IMG/VR virus record: IMGVR_UViG_3300042564_002302
Location: 26,416-90,415 of that record
Origin: a virus
Length of the DNA stretch: 64,000 bases
Strand: one strand, 5' to 3'
Shown here: positions 1-9,429 of the stretch, piece by piece
Numbering within the stretch: the stretch's first letter is position 1
Layout of the letters: every line of letters starts with the position of its first letter
Program-made: the position numbers and the translations under genes
The notes under the pieces: model-generated
What the model saw: the letters and a program-made list of their open reading frames with translations, nothing else
Told to the model about the DNA's origin: nothing
The model's database searches: none

Positions 1-840
1 AGAGGTTCAGATGGTGGCGGAGACGCAGGATTTAGAAATAGAACAGGTAGAGGTTTTAACCTAATATCTGGAGCAGAGTATGACCTAGACTCACTTTGGT
101 ACAGAGATGGTTTGTGGGGTATTCCAGGAACTGGTTCAGGTGGTGGAGGAGCAAATGTTCTTTCTCAGGGTTCACAATATCACATTAGAGATACAAACTG
201 GTCACCAAGTTTAACAGAGCCATTCTATATGTCTTACGGAAATACAGATTATCGTGGTTGGAGATCAATCAATGATTTAGTTTCCACATTAACAACAGCT
301 ACAGCTCAAAACCACACTCAGTCTGGTTGGGCAGCAGGTTCTTCAATTAACTATAACGGAGAAAACTGGTCCTGGCAGGGTGGGTCACAGAGAGTTACAG
401 CAACAGGAAACGGAAAGGTTATAGTACAGCCAAATAATCTTATGCCTTATATTCACGGTCTCTCATATGTTCCAACATGGTCGTCATTTGTTTCATACCA
501 GCCAGCTGGAGCAACTCAACTTAGATTTGGATGGGCTATCTATAACAAGAATAGACAGCTTCTTGACTATACACTAAAGAATACAGACTATAACACAGGA
601 ACATCTTCTTGGGGTACAGCATATTCTATCAATACAAGCACAAATAACTGGGATCAGGGTATATATAACGATGCTTGGCATGAAGACGCTTATTATATGG
701 CACCAATTATTTACGTTAACAACGTGATATCAGGAAGCTACGTAGCATTTGACACAAACGACTCAGCTGGATTCTTCCAGTGTGCTAGAGGCGGAAACGG
801 AGGAAGAGGTATCGTGATTGTGAGGTATGCATTAACATGA
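1..840 (+). CDS. Glycine-rich fibre/virion accessory protein, C-terminal part (5' truncated)
   Basis: Frame is open from base 1 (RGSDGGGDAG...). Contains TGSGGGG and the C-terminal GGNGGRGIVIVRY motif typical of phage glycine-rich domains. Confidence 0.65.
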   Translation, partial: RGSDGGGDAGFRNRTGRGFNLISGAEYDLDSLWYRDGLWGIPGTGSGGGGANVLSQGSQYHIRDTNWSPSLTEPFYMSYGNTDYRGWRSINDLVSTLTTATAQNHTQSGWAAGSSINYNGENWSWQGGSQRVTATGNGKVIVQPNNLMPYIHGLSYVPTWSSFVSYQPAGATQLRFGWAIYNKNRQLLDYTLKNTDYNTGTSSWGTAYSINTSTNNWDQGIYNDAWHEDAYYMAPIIYVNNVISGSYVAFDTNDSAGFFQCARGGNGGRGIVIVRYALT

Positions 841-1172
841 AATCTATAGTCACCTTAGACGAGAATAGAATTGTACTATCAGCCAAAGTTGTTGAAGACA
901 ATTATATGGTAAAATTAGATGAGTTGGACTGCTCGACAGATCCAATTTATCAGTACTCACCTCCATCACTAGGATGGTTTTGGCTAGAAGAAGCAGGAAG
1001 ACTTGTTCCTCCAATGCCAAGCACAAAAGAGGATTGGAAGTGGGAAGATAACCACTGGAGATCTAGTTTAGAATCACCAGCAGGTAATCCAGAAGTTTTG
1101 GCAGAGCAAGTTCCAACAAGTACTCCAGAATTTCCAGCAGGACCAGTAAAACCAACACCAGGAGATAATTAA
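837..1172 (+). CDS. Hypothetical protein, possible fibre assembly partner
   Basis: ATGA overlap with the upstream gene; PPMP...WKWE..W motif seen in small genes following Gly-rich fibres. Confidence 0.5.
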   Translation: MKSIVTLDENRIVLSAKVVEDNYMVKLDELDCSTDPIYQYSPPSLGWFWLEEAGRLVPPMPSTKEDWKWEDNHWRSSLESPAGNPEVLAEQVPTSTPEFPAGPVKPTPGDN

Positions 1173-1173
1173 G

Positions 1174-1599
1174 ATGGGTATAACATCATCACCACAACAG
1201 GTAACACCAGCACTCTGGTCGTATACCTACGTACAAGCGCCAGTTAATGGCAATGGCTACGACTACTTCAATGTTTCTGTTCGTAGAAAGAACTATGGAA
1301 ACGTATCAACAGCATGGGCTGTTACAGTAGATGAAGCAGCAGTACATAAGGCAGTTCTCACTGGTAATACAACAGTTTCATTCACAGGTCTAGCAGCTTC
1401 TCTTGGTGGAGTTATGGTCTGGCAGGTAGAAATCAAGGGTGGATCACTCTTCACAGTAACTTGGCCAGCAGCAGTCAAGTGGGACTCTTCTGCAAGTGCT
1501 CCGTCGCTTTCAGCAAATACAACAGTTCTAAACTTCTTTACACCAGATAACGGAACAACAATTTACGGCGGATTAGCTTTCGCAGACATAAACGCATAA
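1174..1599 (+). CDS. Virion accessory beta-sandwich protein
   Basis: LTGNTTVSF...VTWPAAVKW...FFTPDNGTTIYG motif seen in phage tail fibre-associated domains. Confidence 0.55.
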   Translation: MGITSSPQQVTPALWSYTYVQAPVNGNGYDYFNVSVRRKNYGNVSTAWAVTVDEAAVHKAVLTGNTTVSFTGLAASLGGVMVWQVEIKGGSLFTVTWPAAVKWDSSASAPSLSANTTVLNFFTPDNGTTIYGGLAFADINA

Positions 1600-1608
1600 G
1601 GAGAAAAA

Positions 1609-2043
1609 GTGTACGCAATAGTAGAAAATCAAAAGGTAGTTTCAAGTGGAACTCTAACTGAGCTATTCCCTAGCATCTCTTTCCCAGCGACTGGTCCAGA
1701 CCAGGAGTTCTGCAAAGAAAATAATCTTACAGCAGTTGAAATGACTGCTAAATATAACAAAGATACTGAAGAACTTGTTTTCCTAGATACACCTAAAGTT
1801 ACAAAGGGTGGGAAAGTCGTAGGAGTAGAAGTTAAGAAGCTTTCAGATGAAGATGCATGGACAAGAATTAAGACAAAGAGAGACCAATTGCTTACATCAA
1901 CAGACTGGACACAACTCCCAGACACACTTGATGCAGCTAAGACAAAAGCATACGCAGAATATAGAGCGGCCCTAAGAGACATCACATCAGCTAAGTCTCC
2001 AGCAGATGTAGCATGGCCCAAGGACCCAAATGAGGGAAAGTAA
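1609..2043 (+). CDS. Tail fibre assembly chaperone-like protein
   Basis: RBS AAGGAG; C-terminal KRDQLLTSTDWTQLPD...YRAALRDIT...WP motif. Confidence 0.75.
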   Translation: MYAIVENQKVVSSGTLTELFPSISFPATGPDQEFCKENNLTAVEMTAKYNKDTEELVFLDTPKVTKGGKVVGVEVKKLSDEDAWTRIKTKRDQLLTSTDWTQLPDTLDAAKTKAYAEYRAALRDITSAKSPADVAWPKDPNEGK

Positions 2044-2775
2044 GTGTTCCCTAATAACCTACTAACATTTAAGACAGACGCCCGTAGACCGTTTCCAATA
2101 TCTACTGGTCTTCAGCTTCACTATGATGCAGATGCTCCACTTACAATTGTAAAAGACTCAGTCGGAAGAGTTTCTCAATGGAAAGATCGCTCAGGATTTA
2201 ATAGACATGCTGTTCAAACAACACAAGTAAACCAGCCAATATACTCACTAAGACAAATCGGCGGAAAACCAGCAGTTGTATTTGATGGTTCAAATGACTT
2301 TATGCTTATTGGTGATGGAACAATGTCATTTCTTAATACAGCAGATATAACAATGTTCTTGGTATTTGATAGACCAGATACTCCAGTTAACAAGCCGATA
2401 TTTGGTGGAACTGGATCAATTACAAGACAAAACTTTTCAGCTGGATTTAACTCAGCTACCAACTTCGGTATAAGATTTCAAAATGATGATGCAAACGCAC
2501 TTATTCCAAATGTGGCTGCAGGAACACCAGAACTTATAACATTTACATTTGATTCTTTAACTAACGGTAAAATCGTTAGAAGAAATAAAGTTCAAGAGCT
2601 TGAATCAGCAGGTACTGGATCACTTTCTGGTATGATTGGTCAAGCGCTTGGAAGATATCTTACACAGTACGGTAATATTCAATTGGGAGAGGTTGCTATA
2701 TTCAATAGAGTACTGACCCAGGCGGAAATTGATAATGCGGAAGGCTCCCTTGCAATCAAGTGGGGCGTATCTTAA
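2044..2775 (+). CDS. LamG/concanavalin A-like domain protein
   Basis: GLQLHYDAD, VSQWKDRSG..RHAVQ, VVFDGSND, GEVAIFNRVL...KWG pattern. Confidence 0.7.
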   Translation: MFPNNLLTFKTDARRPFPISTGLQLHYDADAPLTIVKDSVGRVSQWKDRSGFNRHAVQTTQVNQPIYSLRQIGGKPAVVFDGSNDFMLIGDGTMSFLNTADITMFLVFDRPDTPVNKPIFGGTGSITRQNFSAGFNSATNFGIRFQNDDANALIPNVAAGTPELITFTFDSLTNGKIVRRNKVQELESAGTGSLSGMIGQALGRYLTQYGNIQLGEVAIFNRVLTQAEIDNAEGSLAIKWGVS

Positions 2776-2789
2776 GTTAGGAGTAGTAA

Positions 2790-3116
2790 ATGGCATATGT
2801 ACCAGCAAGATTGGTTGGCCCATATAATCTGGTAGATAGCTATCAGTCTCTTTATGCTGCAACTTCAGCAACAATTGTCAAGCAAATAGTTTTATCAAAT
2901 ATTACTGGGTCAGATACTACAGTTAGACTTCACCTAACAACTTCTACACAACAACCATCATCTTCAAACGCCCTTCTTCAGGATGTTGAAATTGAAGCTA
3001 ACTCCACAGTTATTGCTGACATGACTCAGGTTATGAACACTGGAGATAGACTTTACGGCAGAACTGCAATATCAGGCGCCGTCAACATTACTGTATCGGG
3101 CGTAGAAGATAAATGA
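2790..3116 (+). CDS. Small virion accessory protein (hypothetical)
   Basis: RBS AGGAG; beta-rich TIVKQIVLSN...GDRL...VSGVE pattern. Confidence 0.55.
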   Translation: MAYVPARLVGPYNLVDSYQSLYAATSATIVKQIVLSNITGSDTTVRLHLTTSTQQPSSSNALLQDVEIEANSTVIADMTQVMNTGDRLYGRTAISGAVNITVSGVEDK

Positions 3117-4708
3117 GTGGCGTACAGTCTATACCCCCAAGAAAAAATTTAGGTGTCTCTAGTACTTCAGAGCCACCATTAAAGCTTGCTGCCCCAGATA
3201 TATCTGGATTAACATTAGAACAAGCAAAAGTTAAAATTATTGATTCTGGATTTAGATACGACATAGATTATCTAATTGACGATACTCGTGTAGATGGAGT
3301 TATCTTAGGGCAATACCCTCCAGCAGAAACCTTGAGACGTGAAAACGGAAAAATAAAAATTCAGGTTAACTCTAGAAGTAGTTCTATAATGCCAGATTTA
3401 ATAGGTAAAACTGAAGCAGAGGCTACAGCATTGCTTCAAGAGCAACAGATATTGTTTGTTATTACAAGAATTGATACACCACAAGCAGCATATGCAAATA
3501 AAATTTTTTATCAGTCTTCACCATATGGCACTGTCTTAGCCAGAAATATAGCAGTGGTAAGCCTGTCTCTTGGAAACTATGTGGCAGCCACAATTGGTTC
3601 ACTTCCTAGCGTTTTAGGTTTAACTTATGATTTGGCCCTACAACAAATGTCTGTTGCAGGATTTTCTAATATTCAGAGGGTGCTTGATACATCTAATACA
3701 GTAGAGTATCAAACTAAGAATGGTGTTGTTAAAGAGCAGTTCCCTCCTGGAGGACAAACAACATCATTTACTCAGGTAATTCAACTTAAAACATATGCTT
3801 ACAGCGGTGTTGTAGTTCCTAATCTTTCTGGCTTAACTGTTTCAGAGGCTCAGTCACAGATATCCGCACTTGGCTTAAATTATGCAGTTGGATCATCAGT
3901 AGATACTTCAAACTCAACCCTAGGAAACAAGGTTTCTTCTCAATCTCCAGCCGCTGGTTCAACAGTGGTTTCTGGATCAACAGTTACATATAATTATTAC
4001 ACATATGTATATGTAGCACCAGTTCCACCAGTTGCAGTGTCTCCAGCACCACCTACTCCACCAGTGGCTCCAGTAGATCCACCAATTGGAGTTATTCCAG
4101 CTCCACCAGTGGCTCCAGTAGATCCACCAATAGTTCCTATTTCACCAGATGTGCCACCTGTTGGACCCATTTATGTATACCCAATTGATATTCCACCAAT
4201 TGATTTCCCTATCGGAGTTTCACCAGCCACAGGAAAGTCAGTTGGTATCAATACACTTGTAAGAACTCCAGATGGCTTAGTAGCAGCAAAAGACTTAAGA
4301 GTTGGTGATACTCTAATTTCCGCTGATATAAATACATTCCCAAGTGAAGGGTTTAATGCAACGGACCTTGCACTTGCATGGAAAGACTCTACTCCAGAAA
4401 TAAATATTGTAAATACAGTAATTGATGGAATATCGAGAAAGATGTCATCTTATGCAGTAGTCATTAATAATGATTTATTCTCAGACAGCCACTACATCCT
4501 TGCAAAAAGAAATGGAGACGCACAGTTTGTAAAGTCCCTAGATATTGAGTCTTCTGATTTAATTTATTCATATCAGGATAACGATTGGGTTGAAATTACA
4601 ACATTAGAAAAGGTTCAGGTTGACCATGAAATTATTTCTATCAACTGTGAGCCATACGATATATTCTTTACAGAGAATATGCTTACACACGATTCGCATA
4701 GTGTTTAA
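3113..4708 (+). CDS. 4x PASTA domain + proline-rich linker + C-terminal Hint (intein-like) domain protein
   Basis: Four P-[DSN]-h-x-G-x-T...Q.P repeats; Pro/Val linker at about 4015-4230; Hint blocks SVGINTLVRTPDG..DLRVGD, SDSH, ISINCE..DIFF..NMLTHD. Confidence 0.8.
   Translation: MSGVQSIPPRKNLGVSSTSEPPLKLAAPDISGLTLEQAKVKIIDSGFRYDIDYLIDDTRVDGVILGQYPPAETLRRENGKIKIQVNSRSSSIMPDLIGKTEAEATALLQEQQILFVITRIDTPQAAYANKIFYQSSPYGTVLARNIAVVSLSLGNYVAATIGSLPSVLGLTYDLALQQMSVAGFSNIQRVLDTSNTVEYQTKNGVVKEQFPPGGQTTSFTQVIQLKTYAYSGVVVPNLSGLTVSEAQSQISALGLNYAVGSSVDTSNSTLGNKVSSQSPAAGSTVVSGSTVTYNYYTYVYVAPVPPVAVSPAPPTPPVAPVDPPIGVIPAPPVAPVDPPIVPISPDVPPVGPIYVYPIDIPPIDFPIGVSPATGKSVGINTLVRTPDGLVAAKDLRVGDTLISADINTFPSEGFNATDLALAWKDSTPEINIVNTVIDGISRKMSSYAVVINNDLFSDSHYILAKRNGDAQFVKSLDIESSDLIYSYQDNDWVEITTLEKVQVDHEIISINCEPYDIFFTENMLTHDSHSV
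4056..4131 (+). repeat. 31-bp perfect direct repeat encoding PPVAPVDPPI
   Basis: ctccaccagtggctccagtagatccaccaat at 4056-4086 and 4101-4131. Confidence 0.9.
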
Positions 4709-4710
4709 CA

Positions 4711-5280
4711 ATGCCTACAACAGTTTCCCATTTAGAGACAGATGGTGTTCCAACACCGTCTTATTCTCAATACCCCTCAGAACTAGATAAATCTTGGATC
4801 CAAGTAACATTCTTTGAAGATCATCCAAAGCTTGCGGGTGTAATTTCAATATATAAAAATGATAAATATCCTACAGGAACAATTATATTCTCTAGGCACA
4901 TATTAAATGACTATCCAGATATGTATATGACATTAAATAAAGGTGGAGACACATATGCAACTACAGGGAAAAATGTTGTGCTATCAGATAGAATTTATAC
5001 AAATCCTATTTACAGAAGAAGAGGATATTGGAAATGGGCTGGAAGTATGATGAGATCAATACTCTATTCGTACAACGGCCTAGTCCTTGATGGAACAGAT
5101 GATAGGGCTTTAGCTATAGAAAAGATATATGTAAAAGCAATGAAGCTTGGGGGTCAAAAGAAATGGTTTCCAAATAATGGAAGAATGTTTAACCATAAAG
5201 GCTGGGAAAAAGAGCCACCAAGAGAACCCGCCTTTCCCTATATATGGTATAATCAAAGACTAGGAGGAAAAAATGGATAA
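4711..5280 (+). CDS. Putative GNAT-like acetyltransferase
   Basis: IYTNPIYRRRGY resembles GNAT motif A (acetyl-CoA binding); no other support. Confidence 0.4.
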   Translation: MPTTVSHLETDGVPTPSYSQYPSELDKSWIQVTFFEDHPKLAGVISIYKNDKYPTGTIIFSRHILNDYPDMYMTLNKGGDTYATTGKNVVLSDRIYTNPIYRRRGYWKWAGSMMRSILYSYNGLVLDGTDDRALAIEKIYVKAMKLGGQKKWFPNNGRMFNHKGWEKEPPREPAFPYIWYNQRLGGKNG

Positions 5281-5836
5281 AGAACACTTAGGTTCTGGAA
5301 TAGTTGTATACAGCAATGTATTTAATCAAAATGAGGATCTTATTCAAGCATTAAAATCTTCAGAAAATATAACCTGGCTTAACTCAATGGTTGGTATGGG
5401 TGGAGAAGCAAAGCTTCGTGAAACATCAAGAAAGTCAAAAAATGCAAATATAACTCAAGATGGCAGAGAGGTTTCAAATATGATTTCTCTAAGAACTAAG
5501 CTAGCTGTTGCTATGATACCAATGCTAAGAGACTACTGTGATACATTTAATGCTTCCTACTACTGGATAGAAAGCTTAGAGTTTCTTAAATATGACGAAA
5601 CAGATTTTTTCCAGGAGCATAACGACTTAGGTCAAGGGCTTACAAGAAGAATATCTTTAGTTTTTTATCCAAATGACGACTATGTTGGCGGAGAGATAGA
5701 TTTTGTTAATCACGGATTAAAGGTAAAGCCAAAAGCAAACCAGCTCATTGTTTTTCCTTCAGACTACGAATATCTACACAAGGTTCATGAGATTACAGAA
5801 GGAATTAAGTTCTCAGTAGCCTCATTCTTGAGGTAG
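5273..5836 (+). CDS. 2OG-Fe(II) oxygenase, prolyl-4-hydroxylase-like
   Basis: KY..FFQEHND (HxD), RRISLVFYPNDDYVGGE, FPS..YLHKV (distal His), GIKFS (2OG-binding Lys). Confidence 0.9.
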   Translation: MDKEHLGSGIVVYSNVFNQNEDLIQALKSSENITWLNSMVGMGGEAKLRETSRKSKNANITQDGREVSNMISLRTKLAVAMIPMLRDYCDTFNASYYWIESLEFLKYDETDFFQEHNDLGQGLTRRISLVFYPNDDYVGGEIDFVNHGLKVKPKANQLIVFPSDYEYLHKVHEITEGIKFSVASFLR

Positions 5837-5838
5837 TT

Positions 5839-6384
5839 ATGCCCAAAGCATTTGTTGAAAAAGAAGTCTTTGATAGGCAGTACTTTAATGATCTAAAGAA
5901 TCATTTTATTTCACATCCGTTTTTAAACGATGCTAGTTATGATTATTATGGCAGCAAAAGAATAGATTCTTATGAAGAGTCATACTTAAAGGATGCCCTA
6001 GAAAGACTTCATGAAAAAGCAAAGGTTCTTTTTGGCTCTAAGGCCCTAGTTCCAACATATGCAGTATTTTCTGAATATTCTGGACAGCAAGCAATGCTAG
6101 ATGAGCATTTTGATATTGGACCCTGTACCTACACAATAGATCTATGTCTTTATGAGAAAGAAACTTGGCCACTTATTATAGAAGGCGAGAGCTACTATTT
6201 TGGACCAAATGAGGCAGTTTGTTTTTATGCAAATGAGCAAAAACACTGGAAGCCAGAATTTCCAAGCCCAGATACAAACAGGGTTGGAATAGTTTTATTA
6301 CACTATGTAGAGCCAGACCACCCATGGTGTTTGCTATCAGAATCTGCTAAGCCGATTATACGAAAGAAACTTTATGCTAAATAA
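5839..6384 (+). CDS. 2OG-Fe(II) oxygenase-like protein
   Basis: EHFD..CTYTIDLCL...WP....G...HWK; paralogue of 54578-55129. Confidence 0.75.
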   Translation: MPKAFVEKEVFDRQYFNDLKNHFISHPFLNDASYDYYGSKRIDSYEESYLKDALERLHEKAKVLFGSKALVPTYAVFSEYSGQQAMLDEHFDIGPCTYTIDLCLYEKETWPLIIEGESYYFGPNEAVCFYANEQKHWKPEFPSPDTNRVGIVLLHYVEPDHPWCLLSESAKPIIRKKLYAK

Positions 6385-6961
6385 TGAGACTGATATACTA
6401 ATTAGAAGGTCTAGCAATCCTGAAATAATAAGATCAAAAGTCAATGTATCTTTATATAAAGATATAATAGAAAATGTATCATCAGATGTTGAGCACGTAT
6501 TAATATTTAATTCTGGGATAAAGGCAGACTTTGTTGAGTCTGTTAAGCCATATGACAGTAGGTTTAGCAACTTCCTTGGACTTTACTACCCAGACGTTCA
6601 CGATGCCTTCATTATAGTTAGAGACCTTGTAAAAGATATGTGTTGGAAGTTTGATATAAACTATTCAAAATCTTCATACTATATGTCTTCTGATTTTATG
6701 ACATTGGATAATGATCATTGGTATGATGGCGGCGGTCTAAGAATTCCAGCCTTTAATGGTTTAATTATAGTTGATTCCCAGCCAAACACTAAACTCTGGG
6801 TCTCAGAAACCGAGATTGATGTAAACCCAGGAGACGTCTTATTGTTTGAGGCAGGCCATAAGGTAGCTTTTGGTAATAGCAATAGTTTGGTGATATCATT
6901 TAACGTAGCACCACTTTCAATGTTAAACGGACAGTATCCAAATAAATGGATACCATTATAG
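6374..6961 (+). CDS. Divergent cupin/2OG-oxygenase-like protein
   Basis: HWYDGGG...VNPGDVLLFEAGH...ISFNV suggests a double-stranded beta-helix; the metal triad is not canonical. Confidence 0.45.
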   Translation: MLNNETDILIRRSSNPEIIRSKVNVSLYKDIIENVSSDVEHVLIFNSGIKADFVESVKPYDSRFSNFLGLYYPDVHDAFIIVRDLVKDMCWKFDINYSKSSYYMSSDFMTLDNDHWYDGGGLRIPAFNGLIIVDSQPNTKLWVSETEIDVNPGDVLLFEAGHKVAFGNSNSLVISFNVAPLSMLNGQYPNKWIPL

Positions 6962-6971
6962 GAGAAAAAGA

Positions 6972-7409
6972 ATGAACTGCATAGAAATATACAAGATTGA
7001 TCCATTAGACATAGACCCTGAGATGGATTTGTCTAGTCAAGAATTTGAAGACATTGTGTCTTCTCGCATCCAGCCAGCCATTGATGAATATGTCATCAAG
7101 CATAAGCTACCAAGAGTTGGACGAGGGTGGAAGATGGTAAACAATGAGTCTGCTACTGAGTCTGCATTAACTGTTGATGATGTAAAAGAAGAGCAGTCCG
7201 TATATACTGTTAAAGTATTTTTAAACAGCTCTTTCTCTGGCGGAGAGTTTAATTTTGTACACAGAGATGTTATTTCTCAGGTTTCTCCAGGAGACATCTT
7301 GATTTATCCGTCATCATATATAAACGCATATAAGGTTATGCCAGTAACATCTGGATCTCAAAAGTATTTGGTAAATAAGTATAGATTTCCAGGAACTGCA
7401 GAGGGTTAA
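6972..7409 (+). CDS. Degenerate 2OG-Fe(II) oxygenase-like protein
   Basis: FLNSSFSGGEFNF...PGDILIYPSSY..AYKVMPVTSG.QKY; no HxD, and Tyr at the distal His position. Confidence 0.65.
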   Translation: MNCIEIYKIDPLDIDPEMDLSSQEFEDIVSSRIQPAIDEYVIKHKLPRVGRGWKMVNNESATESALTVDDVKEEQSVYTVKVFLNSSFSGGEFNFVHRDVISQVSPGDILIYPSSYINAYKVMPVTSGSQKYLVNKYRFPGTAEG

Positions 7410-7411
7410 AA

Positions 7412-9037
7412 TTGAAGATAGTAGACCTACAGTATAATGCAAATACTTCAGCCATAACCGACGTATCACCATTTGGACACTCTGTAACACATAATGTTTC
7501 TGGCAGATATATGCCATTTAGCTCTAAGTATTTTTCGTCTACACCAAAAACTGGCATCTCCTCTTGTTACATCCCAGCAGCAAAAAATATAAAGGTAACA
7601 ACAAATAAGATTGGCTTAACCCATCAGATTGAGAATGAATTCTCAATCTCTATGATTTTTAGTCCTGTATCTTCTGGTTCATACACAATATTCTCTATGG
7701 ACGGAGACAAATGTTTATTAGAATATATTGATGGCGTTGTTAGGTTTAGCGTTGCTTATGTAGATGAAAATACACACTACGCTGTATCTTACCCACTTCC
7801 ATCCGTAGATAAGGCATACCATTTGGTTTGTTCATACAGGCGTGGATCCATAGGTATTAATTCAAATGGCCTTTTAAAGGCCACAGCGGGCCTACCAACA
7901 GACTTTAAGTTCATCTCTGATGTATCTGGTCAGACCGAAATAACATTTGGCGGAAACACGTCTGGAAACTTCTTTATTGATGATATATCCATAGATAATA
8001 AGTATCTTTCAGAAGACGAAATACTTTTGTCTTCAAATGGATATGGATCTCCACACACATTTGACCAGATTGTTTTTGGGGCAAACGCATCATATGCTAA
8101 TCCACTAGACCACAACGAAAAAGAGATTATTTTTAAATATTCATATCCTCAAGACAAAGCTTTTTCAGAAGCATATTCTATGTCTTATATGACATTAAAA
8201 AATAATATTTTATATTCAGACTCGGACGGAACTACCGTACCAGAGTTTGTCGATATTATAAATTTTCCAATTATAGACTCAACTAGCCATAATCAGATAG
8301 ACTATGATGGGTACGGAATTACTGCCTCATATAGTTTTGATGGAGATACTTATACTAGTCTAAATAATCATTCTTCTATTCCAAATTTTTCTGGAGGTCA
8401 AGTATACTTTAAGCTTGAGTTATCTCCTGATAGTAGTTCAAGAATAGACTCATTATCATTCAGAGTATTTGAATCAACCAATTTCTATACAAGAAGATCT
8501 CAGGAGCCAGTATCTTCTACTGCGACATATAGATGTGGGTATGGTACTACAAGCATTTTAAGCAACTCTTCTGGTGTAGGTGTCCTGCCATCAGATCCAC
8601 TAGTTATAGACAATCAAGACGGCGTCTCAGTTGTTGAGATGATGTTTAAGGCCACATCTTCTTCAAGATCGGTCTTGCTATCTGATGCAGTTGGGCTTTC
8701 AGCAAACGGCACACCAAATGTATTTACAAACATAGAGGAATGCTATGTCAATGGAGAGTATGTAACAGCAATGCCTACAGTTATACCAGGCGTATGGTAC
8801 CACCTTGTAGTATATCTAACTAATCCAGTAGACACGAATACCATAACAATTGGCGAGGCTAGCAAAAGCATTATATACTCAAACATAGCACTATACAAAG
8901 ATCAAACACTAGTAGAGAATAACTATTATTCTTATTTCTATAAGGATTTAATAACTGCACCATCAGACCACATTCAGCCCGACGACCTAGGCTTTAAGAC
9001 ATTCTATGTGGACAAGGTAGTGCTCTCAACATCCTGA
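7412..9037 (+). CDS. LamG-like domain virion protein
   Basis: YHLVCSY..., FFIDDISI and WYHLVV motifs in two lectin-like domains. Confidence 0.55.
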   Translation: MKIVDLQYNANTSAITDVSPFGHSVTHNVSGRYMPFSSKYFSSTPKTGISSCYIPAAKNIKVTTNKIGLTHQIENEFSISMIFSPVSSGSYTIFSMDGDKCLLEYIDGVVRFSVAYVDENTHYAVSYPLPSVDKAYHLVCSYRRGSIGINSNGLLKATAGLPTDFKFISDVSGQTEITFGGNTSGNFFIDDISIDNKYLSEDEILLSSNGYGSPHTFDQIVFGANASYANPLDHNEKEIIFKYSYPQDKAFSEAYSMSYMTLKNNILYSDSDGTTVPEFVDIINFPIIDSTSHNQIDYDGYGITASYSFDGDTYTSLNNHSSIPNFSGGQVYFKLELSPDSSSRIDSLSFRVFESTNFYTRRSQEPVSSTATYRCGYGTTSILSNSSGVGVLPSDPLVIDNQDGVSVVEMMFKATSSSRSVLLSDAVGLSANGTPNVFTNIEECYVNGEYVTAMPTVIPGVWYHLVVYLTNPVDTNTITIGEASKSIIYSNIALYKDQTLVENNYYSYFYKDLITAPSDHIQPDDLGFKTFYVDKVVLSTS

Positions 9038-9081
9038 TTTGTCCAAATCAAGGCACATATTCCTAGTTAAGCAAGAGAAAA

Positions 9082-9090
9082 TGGTACAAT
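9082..9090 (+). promoter_or_regulatory. Extended -10 promoter (TGGTACAAT), probably leaderless
   Basis: TACAAT at 9085-9090, ATG at 9097, no SD. Confidence 0.6.
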
Positions 9091-9096
9091 AGACAA

Positions 9097-9429
9097 ATGA
9101 ACAAAATTAAATCACAGGCAATAGAAGAAACAATCTACGGACTCTATGTTTGGCAGATGCCAGATGGTAAGTGGGTCGGAGATGATGATGGTAACTATTT
9201 AAATATACCTTCAGTTAAGAACGATAAGAAAAAGATGGCTATCTTAAAAGAGGTTGTTGGGTCTTATGGCGTAGAAGAGGGTGGACCAGTATTCCTTTCA
9301 GGAAGACGTAGAGTTACAGACGAAGAGTATGCCCATCAAAGACAAAGGCTTGAATGGGGTCTTACACCAGACCCATATGACATTGGTGAAAGTTTAGATC
9401 AAATGAAGAGGATAAAAAATGGCAACTGA
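9097..9429 (+). CDS. Hypothetical protein upstream of portal
   Basis: Clean ORF coupled to the portal gene. Confidence 0.7.
   Translation: MNKIKSQAIEETIYGLYVWQMPDGKWVGDDDGNYLNIPSVKNDKKKMAILKEVVGSYGVEEGGPVFLSGRRRVTDEEYAHQRQRLEWGLTPDPYDIGESLDQMKRIKNGN

Noticed and set aside
4238-4708. Mobile intein
   Set aside because: No homing endonuclease, no real C-extein, and not inserted in a conserved enzyme.
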